Below, in pieces: positions 25,442-37,812 of a stretch of DNA of 64,000 nucleotides (the first letter of the stretch is position 1; every line of letters begins with the position of its first letter). Source of the stretch: Squalus acanthias (Eukaryota); NCBI GenBank assembly GCA_030390025.1, contig CM059439.1:29140001-29204000 (forward strand), given 5' to 3'. A program made the position numbers and the translations under genes. The notes beneath the pieces are model-generated. The model was not told the origin of the DNA and ran no database searches. It worked only from the letters and a program-made list of their open reading frames with translations.

Positions 25442-25854
25442 AAGAACATAAGAAATAGGAGCAGGAGTAGGCCATTTGGCCCCTCGAGCCTGCTCCGCCA
25501 TTCAATAAGATCATGGCTGATCTTCTACCTCATCTCCACTTTCCTGCACTATCCCCATATCCCTTAATATTCAAAAATCTATCGATCTCTGTCTTGAATA
25601 TACTCAACGACTGAGCCTCCACAGCCCTCTGGGGTAGAGAATTCCAAAGATTCACCACCCTCTGAGTGAAGAAATTTCTCCTCATCTCAGTCCTAAATGG
25701 CCAACCCCTTATTCTGAGACTGTGACCCCCCTGGTTCTAGACTCCCCAGCCAGGGGAAACATCCTCCCTGCATCTACCCTGTCAAGCCCTGTAAGAATGT
25801 TGTATGTTTCAATGAGATCACCTCTCATTCTTCTAAACTCTAGAGAATATAGGC
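25442..25854 (-). mobile_element. CR1 LINE 3' end (little decayed)
   Basis: aagaacataagaaataggagcaggagtaggcc tail; the minus strand encodes YSLEFRRMRGDLIETYNILTGLDRVDAGRMFPL...RRNFFTQRVVNLWNSLP. Confidence 0.92.
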
Positions 25855-26864
25855 ATGTCGGCAGCTGTTTGTTTGACAGCGATGGAGATAAGAATGGGCC
25901 TGCATGGTGATACCAAGTGTTAGGGATACTAGTACTTGGGAGTCATAGAGCTGGGCCAGCTGTAGGTTTAGATTTTTACTCCATTCAGTTCCCAATCTGA
26001 GCTTCCCCGAACGGGGGAGGCACAAAGCAAAGATTACGATGTTTCCTGGGGAGGAGGGGGTTGGCAGAGGAGGGGCGAGGGGAATCAGAGGGAACATACA
26101 CAGTACCTAGCACTTCCTGGTGGCTGACTGAGGACAGAGGGGGAGTCTTGGAAGAGGTCTGGAAGCAGTCTGACCCTGATGACAGCTTAGATTTCAATGC
26201 TTGGGGAACTGAAGATGAGAAATTAATTAATTTAAAAGAATTAAAAGCTATTTTGAAAAAAACAAGTTAGTTTCGATCGCTAGTGTCACTATGGTAATAG
26301 CAGTATTTTTATATTGACAGTTGTAGGTGGAGATGTAGACCAATCCAAGTGTTAAAAATGCAAGGTGTAGCTACATTTACTGGAAATATAGAGGCTGCAT
26401 TAGGCCACAGAAGAGTTTGCCACCAAGCCTTCATTCTGTTGGATACAAAATATATCAGTAAACAAACTAATGAGATAAATCTATTAAATACTCAAGAGAA
26501 ATACTTAAAAACAGCAGGTAATTGTTCAGAAAAGCCACAGTCACCCTCAAAATGAGGATGCGTTGGAAGATCCGCACTTGATTGCAATGTATCCATCCAC
26601 TTGGGCAGAATGGCCTCATTCTGTGTTGTAATTTCGATGATTCAATGTTTGTCTCACAGTTGATATTCCACAGTCAGATATGATCCTGCATCAACTACTT
26701 GGAGTGCTCTTGTGAGGCCTAAGCTTAACTTTGTAGCCTCTTCTGCACTGGCTGTCCTCCATGACAGTCAATGTGAACAAAAACAAGGACCCGAACTGGA
26801 TTGAAACCACCCACGTGCATCACCTAGAGTAATTTCAGGACTATAAGCTTTGGGCTTCAGATAA

Positions 26865-27092
26865 CAATTATAAACCCACTCAAGCTTAGCTGAACCCCTC
26901 AATTATATTACTACTTTGAATCATCCTCAGGTATCCATTATTCTATGCATAAACCATCTCATTCCCTTAACTAGATTGCAGCCTTATAATCATTCCCAGA
27001 CATCCATTATTCTATATATAAACCATCCAAACATCTCAATTAGACTACAGCCTTGTAATCACCCCCAAGTATCCATTATTCTCTACATAATT
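26865..27092. repeat. Degenerate 69-bp minisatellite, about 3 copies
   Basis: atccattattct recurs at 26933, 27002 and 27071 (period 69). Confidence 0.85.
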
Positions 27093-28107
27093 TATAGCAA
27101 TTATAACCTTCAAGCAGCAAAAATATTCCTGTATCGCTAGTCTTTTCTGTTACTTGATGTGATGTACCTTCGGAATCTCATCTCTCAGCACTGCCATAGC
27201 TCCCATGACATAAATATGATAACTGTCACCCTCTTTAGAATATATTGGAAGCACAAGAAAATCACTGTCTTTTGTCGCTGATTAAAAGTTTAATGTGCAT
27301 TTTCCATTTTCTTATATCTTTGGGGGGATTTTAGCATTCTCATCATTTTTTTTTCTAATTTTCTTGCGTCCTTTCTCGCCTTGCTGTTGGCCTTTACTTT
27401 CAATTTTTTCCAGGCTAGGTTTGGGGGGGGGAGGGGGGGGTGGAGAGTTCATTCTATCACATTTAGTGGTTAATTATTGAGTAACATTGGCAGAGGCCTA
27501 GTGTAGGGGATGGGTGTTGCTGTACTGTGCCAAGGAGTTAAATTTGCTATACATAGGAACTTAAATGGATGAAGGAAAATTATTTATAAAGGGTGTTGTG
27601 GTGGTAAAACATGTTGGCGCTTTGACAGACTGCACTGTAGATTGGGTAGGGCAAGGGTTCATACTCATCGTCCCTCACTTGCTGATCTCCCAGTTGTAAC
27701 CTTACATGGCATGGGAAGAAACAGAGCGGAGCCCAGGCACTTCTCCCACAGAAAAGGACGAAGGTTCACCTGTGGGATTACGCTCATGCACCACCCAGCA
27801 GGTGGAATGGAGTCGCATTGGTGGAGGTCTGAGACCAATTCTCTAGCATGTTCACTTGGTCAATGAAGGAGTTGGGTATGGCGGGGAGGGGTTCTGTTTT
27901 GTTATATAGTAGACAAAGAGGAGGAACCAGACTTGTCTTAATGGTGTCATAAACCGAGCATTGGAAAAATAGCATGTGACTGCAGGAACAAAGCCATTAT
28001 AAGGAAGGAACAGCTTCTCATCACTCTGTTGGTTTTTAAACTGGATACCGCCTAGCATTTGGGTCTGACATGACGGGGTGTCAGCCAGTTTTAATGTTTG
28101 GGTATTC

Positions 28108-28116
28108 TGGGTGGTC
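28108..28116 (-). promoter_or_regulatory. Consensus GLI-binding site (GACCACCCA) in presumed intron 2
   Basis: Exact TGGGTGGTC. PTCH genes are direct GLI targets. Function untested. Confidence 0.55.
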
Positions 28117-31100
28117 CAGCTGGAAGAATAGGAGATAGCAAATAACTGTAATTTTGTTCAGCAACCCAGTAATTAAAGGGACAGTCTCCATTTTGTTTGC
28201 CTACACAGACTGCAGTTTCCAAAGTTACTTAAAGAATCAATTTAAAAAGGCTTTCCTGCCACATAATTCATTTGAAGCGTGGTTTTGTGAACCGTTTAAA
28301 CCATCCTTTTGGCTAATTTAAACAAAAAGAAAGTAATTAAAGACAATCTTTTATTTTACACAACTTTGGCAAGGTTGTATGTAATTTCTTTAAGTATATA
28401 ATTCTGAGAAGTGGCAAGGCAGTGCCATGTGTATGGGGCCCTGATGGACATTGCCACGGAGCTCATGCAGTAACTTCCCAGTCTTAGCCACAGAATCTTT
28501 GCGGGTGAGGGGTACATTATCTGTGGTAGGGGGGTTTGCGATTGTACCAATTGGAGGTCAGGCACTTTAACGCTCTAAGGAGTTTTTTGCTTAGGTTGGG
28601 AACAGGTCACCTGCCAGCTCTGCCAAGCTATGAATGGTGCATGATACCCCAATAATGGCGCAAACTCCTCTTTCCCAAGTTAAATAAAGGTCTTGATGAT
28701 GAAATTGCTTTTGCAAAATAGAAGCTGAAGGTGGGCTCATCCTTTATTAACAACAACAACTTGCATTTCTATAGCACCTTTAATGTAGAAAAATGTAGCC
28801 GTGGCGGGAGACCTCCACAATCCCAAAAACTTGGGCGTTAAAATGGTAGAGGGGGTGGCAACGCCTTTAAACCCCCCTCGCCCGCCTACACCATTCCCAC
28901 CGGATGGGCAGTGTTACAATTGGGGTTAACCTCTTTAAAAGGGGTCCTGATGAAGAGATACTCTTAAAGGGGTCTGATGGTAACACTCCCTTTTCAAGAG
29001 TGCAACCTGCCAGTTGATGTCTTTGTTAATTGTGAATCACTTGGTCCAAAAACTTTGTTTCATCCTTGTTAAAGGGGGAACAGCAGTAGGCTGTGTCTCC
29101 TTTGATGTGTTGCTTTTCAGATGGTTATTTTTCATCTCGCCTTGTCGTGTTCGGTCTAGTTAGTCAACTTTTGGAACTTGAGGATTCATTCCTTTTTTTT
29201 TACAAGCTTACATGCGATTGACTTTAGATCACGTTGCTGAATTTAAAATGAAAGGGATTTTTCTCTCTCACTGTTTCCCTTTGTGAGCTAGTTTTGATCA
29301 AAAACCATACACGATCTACCCACTCTTTCCAGCATTTCTAATAAAATTAAATTGAGCTTAAATTTATATGTAGGTCATTTTAAACAGCACACTCGAGGCT
29401 CCAATAAAATAGCATGTGCTTCATTGAGGGCCTGACTGCTTGGTGTGGCCCTCATTCATTTTGTTACCAACTAAAAACGAAAGTTACTTTTGATGTGTAT
29501 TCATTTAATTGTAAGGTATTTTATTGTTTATCACCTCCTTCCCTCCAGTGCCACATGTCTTCCCCCAGCTGAAAGGGTGAACAGGGGACTTGCTTCCAGA
29601 TTAGTGTCACTGTATGGCTGGCTGCTACAAGTTGCACAACCACTGCCCCTGAGTTTGACTTTCCCTCCAATTTTCCCTTGACTCCTCTGTGACTGAAGTC
29701 AGTGGCTCCCCTGTGAGGAAATCCCAAGTGCACACTTGTGTCCTGGCACTGACTCAAAACTGGGCTGGCCTTTTCAAAATAAAACTGTATATAACTTTAC
29801 TTGTCCAACTTTAACGTTATATTTTTGCCCTTCTTCAGTACAGTGGCAGGGGATCCAATTGATTTAGTTCACAGTGTAGAGTGACACTTTCATCTAAGTT
29901 ATAAGTATTTTAGTTGTTTTGACAGTCAAAGCAAATATACAGCACACTTCAAACAATAGCGGGAATACAAAATATATTGGTGTAGAATTTACCCGCTCAT
30001 TTTGTTAATATATTCCCAACTGTTGTGCAAAATTTCATATCATTCTAGTTTGAGGCAGATGGAAAACTTGTGAGGACTTTACACTTTTATTCTCTTCTTT
30101 ACAATGTCACAAACACAGAAACTAAGATTAGATTTTTGTTCCTGCGCTAGAGCAGTGACTGAGTGGATTACAATCTGAGTTTGATAGTAAAGGAGGTCTC
30201 TCAGCGAACCTCTCCTCTATTTGTAACTTAGCAATATGTTTTATGAGAAGACGGCGCCCCTTTAATGGAAGGAAATATAAGCATAAATTCACTGATCCTG
30301 TGCTCCCTATGGGAAGACATTCTCGAAGGGAGTGCGCACTGGAGACAAGGCTACAAAACTATAGCATTAATTCTCCGGCCTGCTTGCCCTTCGAGCACAG
30401 CTCTCCACTGGGAGTGCTGGATTGGCAAACTTGCTCTCTAGGGATGTTCCTCTAATTATTATACCTTCAAAAACATATTTAAAAAAAATAAAATGACTGT
30501 GACATTTCTGTTTTTCCAGAACAACGGAATGCTGTTATATAAATGGAAGGTTCTGTTTAGGCTGTGATGTAGATATTCATTGAGTAGGCCCTGCCACCCC
30601 TTAGTAGCACAAGTATTAAACTGACAGTCAACAGAGCCAAGCAGTCAGAGGTGTTTGGCTACCCACAGCAAGAGGAGGGAACTTAACATCTGTCAGGATA
30701 TTAAAAATAATGCTTTATAATACTCCCTGTTTGTGGTCTTGCTCTATGATGCTGGTTTACCTCACACTGGACGTCTGCCAGCCCTTCAATTTGGACTGTA
30801 TAGCAGACGAAAGCATGTAGGAAATGGAGCCGTACTGTGGGGAAGTGGGAGCCGGGGTAGTTATCGGGGAATGAAAGTGAGAGGCATGCACCACGCAAGC
30901 CAGGAAATGACTTACGCACTCCAGGCCAAGAGAGGCTGTACTGTCTCAGTGTAGATTTTTATGAGTGAAAGGACAGCCCATTACTGTAATCAAGGCTTGG
31001 ACTATTCCTATTTTAAAGGCACAGTGCTTTGTTTTCTCTGATACTCCTTTTAACATCTTGAGTTCGAGGATCCAGTACAAAGTGTAAACAGTCAACAATA

Positions 31101-31959
31101 CTACCTCAGGGCTCAAAAAGAATTCACAGTTCCCGATCAAGGATCAAGCACTGTGGAAAGTTACTGGTCCACATTTCCAAATCATGGTCATTGCAGGAAA
31201 AATAATGTTTATTTTTTTGTGGGTAATAGACTTACGAGTTTTGAGTATCTATTCTTACTTTCCTATCTTCTTTACTCTGTCTCATTTTACTTTACTTTAC
31301 TCCAGTTGAGCTGTACTTTATTCCAGTTAATCTGGAGGGAGGGAGGACCAACTGGGCTAGAGCTGCACTACAGCATAAATTATTATTATGCATATTTTTA
31401 GAATACCCTCTGGAGGGATGAGGTACAATATACCATTGTTCAAAAATAAATTGTAATAAAATTCAAACACTGCGTTCAAGTCAATGTGGCAGGTTTCATT
31501 TAACAGTTTAATTTTTTTAAGTGTTTAATATACACACAACTGTTCGAAGGGAAGAATTTAAATAAAGAAAAACTATAATATTTTTTATGAACGGGTTAAA
31601 TAGTTAGCCGCTCACACATAAGGCATCACTGTCTCCTTCCCCTCCTCTCTGGGTCAGATGGAGGTGTTCAGGAGTCATTCCAGTCTGAAGGTGTCCATGT
31701 GCTGCATCTTTGGGCCAGGCTGCAGGTGGGTGGGAACAAGCAGCAGTTCTGTAAGCTCAGCCTGCGGTCAGCAGATATGATTTAAGGAAGAGGAAGAGTG
31801 AATTTTGTACTCCAAAAAGTTGAGGATTGTTAGTGCTGTGGACTGGAATATTTTTCTCCCATCAAACTTTCCAGGTCTTGAGTTAAATGCAGGATAAAAT
31901 TCTTTAAACTCCATTCCGCAACCCGTGCCTTAACCCCATTTAAACTGTGCAGAATTTCC

Positions 31960-32205
31960 ATTTCCCATGCCAGCCATCTCTATGGCCTCTGTGTGAGATT
32001 GTCTGTTTAATACCAATTTCTTCCATGGACTCTTGCCCACTAGGAACTGGATCAAGATTGCCTTAAACTCATTTTGTTTAAGACTCTTCCAGAGGAAACT
32101 TTCATTCCATCAGTCTGAACTGGATTTGATCCCGGTTCCTAAAGGTGAAGAGACAATTTTTAATCATGTACACTACTCTGACCCTAGCAAACATCTCGTG
32201 AGCTA
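31960..32205 (-). mobile_element. LF-SINE-like element
   Basis: ccactaggaactgga (reverse of tccagttcctagtgg) and ctggatttgatcccgg...aggtgaagag (B-box region), matched to the LF-SINE consensus from memory. Confidence 0.6.
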
Positions 32206-32355
32206 GAGCTGGTAATTGTTGACATGACTGATGCTGAAGTGAATGGCTATCTTGTTGAACAAGTTTCTTAGGTTTATTGTCACAGTAATCACATGTTAAT
32301 TATACTATTCATAATATTGTTTTAAATGTACTTTTCTGTGGGTTTTTTTCTGCAG

Positions 32356-32545
32356 TGGGAAGCAGAGTGAGTCGAGAGTTAATGTACACACGAGACAAAC
32401 TGGGCGAGGAGACGATCTTCACTACACAGATGCTAATTCAGACCTCGAAAAAAGAAGGGGAAAATATCCTTATTCAGGAGGCGTTGCTTCAGCACCTGGA
32501 TGCTGCGCTAGCAGCCAGCAAAGTACAAGTCTTGCTATATGGAAA
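32356..32545 (+). CDS. PTCH2: PTCH2 exon 3 (190 nt), extracellular domain 1
   Basis: ttctgcag|TG GGA AGC AGA...GGA AA|gtaag; (V)[62 protein letters not shown](K). Confidence 0.96.
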
Positions 32546-33171
32546 GTAAGAAAGCTGCTCCCATCACATATTGACATGAGGGTCGGGTTTCAGGCGGGCA
32601 GGGGAGGCAGGGCAAGTGCGAAACACACTCGCTACCCTAATTTTTAGGTCTGGGGTATTTCAACTGCCGGACCTCATTTTAAATGTCGGCAGTGCACTTC
32701 CCATCCATTCTGGGCAGGAAGAGGGTGCAGAGCGGCTGGTGGCAGCTGAAGATCAGGCAGCCGAGGGCCTCTCGCTGGCTTCCAGGTATATGGTGGTGTT
32801 TCGGGTGGGCCTGGCCCCACAAAGAAAATGTTTTCACTAGTTGGATGGCCTCTTCGTCCTTCCCACCAGCTGCCGACCTGATTCAACTTGACGTCATAGA
32901 TGTTCCTCCCTCTAAGTCATTCTTTCATGCCTCCACTCAGTATCTGATGACACAGTTGAAAACTTGTCCTGCTTACCTATATTTTTGGGGAGAGAGGAGC
33001 ATCCTCAAACAATATTGTCTACAGAACATTTAAATTAAATTCTTAACAGTACAATGTTCAGACATCCACAGTTGTAAATAAATGCGTATGTTCATGCACT
33101 CAGTAATTAGCATTGCTGGCTCCGTCAGTGTACTGTTTAACCAGGTCATTGCCCTTTAACCTTTCTTTCAG

Positions 33172-33241
33172 GTCCTGGGATTTAAACAAAATCTGTTACA
33201 AATCTGGAGTGCCTATCATTGAGAATGGAATGATTGAGCGA
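33172..33241 (+). CDS. PTCH2: PTCH2 exon 4 (70 nt)
   Basis: ctttctttcag|G TCC TGG...GAG CGA|gtgagt; SWDLNKICYKSGVPIIENGMIER. Confidence 0.96.
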
Positions 33242-33621
33242 GTGAGTATGACAAAAATTATAATTTGCTATCTCAAGGGGTGTCCCTTTGCTCTCAAGAG
33301 CTTTTTGTTTTTAATTCTTAATTCTCAGAGAATTTTCTGGTGATGATCAAAGTGAGTGATATCAGTGCTGGGATACCATTCTATATGCACTGAATTTCAG
33401 CATTACAGTCCTGATACGCAATGACGTTTCCTCAGCCCGATCCCCAAAAATGTGCCCAGAGCATTTCTTAGGCACTGAATCTATGACCACATTCAAGTAA
33501 AGTTGGTATAAAAATCCATTTCACTCTGATTTAGTTGAGTTATTTCCATCAAGAGGCAATTTAGAACGATGACTCAGCAGTGGAGTACCACGTGTTAGCC
33601 CCATCTATCAGGAGAAACAAA

Positions 33622-33782
33622 GGGCTAGAAATTTGTCTCGGGCGGTGCCGCAGGATGGGCGGTATGGGATCGGCCGCCCGCTATACACAGCGCCTGATAT
33701 TCAGTGCCATTGACCTCGTCTAACGGACGGCCGATCCGACACCGCCCGTTCTACGCCACCGCCCGAGACGAATTTCTAGGCC
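33622..33782. mobile_element. Palindromic Harbinger-type MITE
   Basis: About 60-nt imperfect arms gggctagaaatttgtctcgggcggtg... / ...caccgcccgagacgaatttctaggcc. Confidence 0.8.
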
Positions 33783-34029
33783 ATAATTCCAGAATCCAAT
33801 CTGCTGGAACTGTGTTTAGACTGTGCAACTATTAGAGCTGAAATAGAGTGAATTCTCAGCTACCATTGTGGGCTGGATTCACAAGCACATGCCAGAGGTG
33901 AAAGCTCAGTGTACCAACCAGTCCCCTACAATGATTATTTTCTTAGCACCAGTAGGCATCGGTCAGTACCTTTCCTTTCCCCTGTTCGCACCCATTTTTG
34001 CCCCTCCTCTCCATAAGATGTCTCCTTGC

Positions 34030-34385
34030 TGGGCACGGTTGCTGGTCACCCTCCAGTACCTTGTCCAAATGGCCAGTATTCATATATCAGCTTTGGTACT
34101 GAATATTGACAGGCTGCATGATCACAGGGGGGCATTAAAGGAGAACTCAATCCTGTCCCCATCCAAGCATCCTCTACTTTCAGCAGAGGTCACTGGATAA
34201 GCGTCAGGGCTGGAAGCCATGACTCAGTTTTGCTGCCCTAACCTAAGGGTGCTGAGGTTAATTGTAGCAATCCTCCAACCACCCCGTCTAAGATCGGCTA
34301 ATTCAGCACCGATTGGAGATGAGCCCTGGACCTACCTTGTCTGTATAGTTCACCAGGTAAGCTTGCTGAACCATTGGGGAAGCCA
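34030..34385 (-). mobile_element. AmnSINE2-like SINE
   Basis: Reverse-complement similarity to the 36240-36630 copy (gtccaaatggcca, tcctgtcccca, gtcactggata, cagcac). Confidence 0.65.
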
Positions 34386-35637
34386 TTTAATATCTTAACA
34401 GTATTAGCAACGCACATAAATCTCTACTCTTTATACCCAGAGCACTTTGTTAACGGGCCTGTGCCCTCACACCCACACCTTACGGCTAGCCATCTCTTTG
34501 TCTTGAAACGCAAACTGGCATCTATATTATTTATTATGTTGTAAGGGCAAAAGGGTTAATTTAATATGGTGATGGGGGAATGCAGACTTTTTTTTTTAAA
34601 AATGCTCCCATGTGGAGATCCTGACATGATATGACACTATGGTATGGTGTACAATGGAACTTGCATGTTGCTGTCAGGGTTTCAAAGCCAGCTAGTATGA
34701 TCGAGACGCAGAGGCAGAAGGCTGATGACAGGCTGCCCTGATTTATGGCTGGCTAATGGTTTGGAGTTCAACGTGGTCTCTGCCAACATAGTCTGTATAT
34801 GCTCCAGCGGAAGAGGATGTTTGGCACACACCATCATTAATTATCTCCTCTGTTTTCTGTTCTTCCTCCTCTCCCATTCCCCCCCAACCCCCCCACACAC
34901 ACACACATAACCACAAATGATTAAACATCAATCCAGCACTGACCACAATGGGTATTGTAGTTTACGAGGATCAGAAATCCTCTTGTTAGAATCAAGAAAT
35001 TAGTACTATATAGTGTCTTTTCATATGTAAAAGTATTAGCTTTTTAAAAAAAGCATAAGAATTATGACAGATTATTGTGTCCTGTTATACCCAGGTTTGA
35101 CACTCAGCCATACAGTTTTTGGCCGAATTCAAGACCCATAAAAAAGCGCTGTTAAATAAAGATGTCTTTTTTTTTTCAGTTAAGCATCATAACGCGCCAG
35201 TTTGCTGTTTGCTTGACTTTTCTAATCTGTAATTTAACCCAGTGGTATATCGTATTTTAGTATTCCTTCTTTTCCACGTCTAGTCCCGTATCACATATGG
35301 AAGAATTCTTTTCCGAGTTCTTCGCCATTTGAAACAAAGGAGGAGCTGGATCTGTGGGGGAACGAGCTGCCATGTGGGAAGATCCAGGCCTTGTCATCTA
35401 GCTAAAAAGGCCAGCTCGTTCAGACCAGAGTTAAGGCTAGAAGTCAAAGAGCAGAAGTTGTTGGTTACAAGCACAGGCATCAAATTCTGTCAACCCAGCG
35501 GTGAACCGTATTAGAGACTGTGTGAGAGAGCCTGCCGAGAATTTGAAAGGCTCTCCCTTGTGGCCTATGGGACGTACCATCAGATTAAGGGAATGTCAGG
35601 AGCCAGTCCCCCACATTTCCACTGATACAGCAACTAA

Positions 35638-35741
35638 GAGGGTGAAATTCAACTTCGGTGGAAAATCGGGCAGCGTGCATAATGGACGGTCGAAGCGCTA
35701 CCTCCCGTTTCGCACCCCCGCCAAAATTGAATTTCGCACCC
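35638..35741. mobile_element. Short Harbinger-type MITE
   Basis: Ends gagggtgaaattcaa / ttgaatttcgcaccc; TAA and TAG flanks. Confidence 0.65.
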
Positions 35742-36239
35742 TAGGTCTCTACGTTCTACAAGGGAGCGCGGAATGACGGCCCCCTGATTTAAAAGTAAAG
35801 GAGGACAGTGACATCTGGAGGAATTCATTACTGAATAAAGACGGGCATTCTGCCATTTTGCATCAGTAAAGGAATTTCACCCCATTGCAGTGATAGATTT
35901 GTTACTCTCCAATTCTCTTGCTGTGATGCAGGAGAGTGTAGTGGCCTTATTTACATTCTTCTGGCCAGCTGCCTGCCTGGAAGTGGGTGTAAAGAGGCAG
36001 CTGTCTGGCTGCCGACGGGCGATGATAGCATGCAGGTAAGTTATGGGAGGTGGAGGGGTGGGGTGGGGGTGGGTCTGAGCAGGGTCTCGCGGGTGAGAAG
36101 GGGGGAGCCCAGGGCAGCAGAGGCTCAGACTTTCCTTGTGGGGCCTGGAGGAGCACGCCTGCTCCATTCTGGACCTACAAAGATAAGAACCTCTTAGGGC
36201 TTTTGCTTCTTCTGTAATAAATAATTCTGTTAAAAAGCA

Positions 36240-36630
36240 AGCTCCCTAAATGGCTGTGGGTAAATGCACTACTTGGGGTGTTATTGAGCCACACTAACCA
36301 AGATGGTCACATGTTCAGTCCCTGGTTGATATACAGTTAGTTGATCTCGGCCAGGGTGGTGCTAAAGATACTATGATTGGCTTTAACATGCCTGGGCTAA
36401 GGTGTGGAAAATCAGCCAGTGGCGATCATTATGCAGTAACCCCTGTTGGATGGCACATATCTGTGGACGTTGGGTGAGGGCAGGATCAGGTTCAGCTCTG
36501 ATGGCTCTTATGATTGAATAGCCTGATGAGGTTTCACTGTCCAGGCCCACACATGAACAATGACTATTTGGGGCGAGGCACTGAAGGATTACCATTGCCT
36601 TGGAAATGTACCCCTTTGCATGAGTCATCC
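36240..36630 (+). mobile_element. AmnSINE2-like SINE, near full length
   Basis: tRNA-like head (ggtaaatgcact...gagccacac...gttcagtccc) and body (aaaatcagccag, gggtgagggcaggatc, cacacatgaa); several copies in the window. Confidence 0.7.
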
Positions 36631-37028
36631 TGGACAAACTTGGGTCAGCCATGATCTACCTTCCCCCAAACCTCAGTCTTTAACTATTTCTTTTAGCACT
36701 GTGGTAGCACTATGACACGTTATCAAGTCATTTTTTTCCAGTCTTTGCAATTTAGTGAGAGACTCAAGGGTCAGTAAAGGGATTAAACCACCATAAACCA
36801 AAGATGTCAATGCACACACACCAACATTTATAGACACGGTAATGTCTTCCCCCCCCCACCCCCCCATCACTAAAAATACTTTGCTTCAACAACAGACCCT
36901 AATTAATGGAAACCAACAGTCAAAATAAGCCTAAATGAATTGTTTTCTCCCAATTTTTCTGCTTTTATTGCCTTGGTTATGGTAAAATATAGTAATATTT
37001 GTTCACTTGCTTCCCCTCCACCCTCTAG

Positions 37029-37120
37029 ATGATTGAGAAGCTTTTTCCCTGTGTCATTCTAACTCCCCTGGACTGTTTCTGGGATGGTGCCAAGCTTCAA
37101 GGAGGTTCTGCTTATCTACC
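37029..37120 (+). CDS. PTCH2: PTCH2 exon 5 (92 nt)
   Basis: ccctctag|ATG ATT GAG...CTA CC|gtaagt; [30 protein letters not shown](P). Absent from the ORF track. Confidence 0.96.
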
Positions 37121-37776
37121 GTAAGTACGACTGCGTTAATGATTATGTTTCTGGGGTTTTAGGGATTGGTACTCTGAAAATGACACACTGGATGTTTCTC
37201 CCAAGTTTTGGGTCTGAATTAAAGTGGTGAGAGGCTGAACAATGGCTTGCATTCTTCCCCTGCGATGTGGTTACTTGTCAGGCGGAGCAGAGACCCATGG
37301 GAATTCTTTGTCAACAGACGGTAACTGAAGTTATTCTCATGCTAATCTGAGCCTTATTGCTGCAAGTTGCCCAACAAATAAAATGTACACATTATTCATG
37401 CCACGGGCCCTATTTAAAAATGCCCCTGAGAAGAGAAAGGCCCTCTTTCGATTAAAATCAGCTCACTTGACAGCATTCCATTCTTGAAAGATTTTTCACA
37501 GCTTTTTTTTTGTGTTTACTCTGTAGTGTTAAACTGACACTGACTCTTATTCTTTCAAATGCTCTTTTTAAAAAAAAAAATCACTGTGTTATGTGTGACA
37601 TTTTCAATATTTAGCATCTTTTGAGTTTGTTTCCTCCCTCCCTCTGAACCACAGAACTTTCCCCATTTCTCTCCACCCCACCCCACCCCCCTCCCCTCCC
37701 GTCCCTTTCCCTTCACTGCCGAGGGTTAGTCTGTGTGTGCCGTCAGCTTCCGCTTCAGTTCAGCCAGTTCGAGAGC

Positions 37777-37778
<2 letters not shown>

Positions 37779-37812
<34 letters not shown>
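37779..37812. repeat. (GA)n microsatellite
   Basis: Direct read. Confidence 0.95.

Noticed and set aside
26865-27092. CRISPR-like repeat-spacer array (also 45433-45585)
   Set aside because: Whole units are degenerate copies with no unique spacers, there are no cas genes, and the context is a vertebrate intron
1-32355. PTCH2 exons 1-2 or a separate nested protein-coding gene
   Set aside because: No APLWLR or ETN..LWVE-type peptide and no other recognisable protein was found by eye; a short or divergent exon could have been missed
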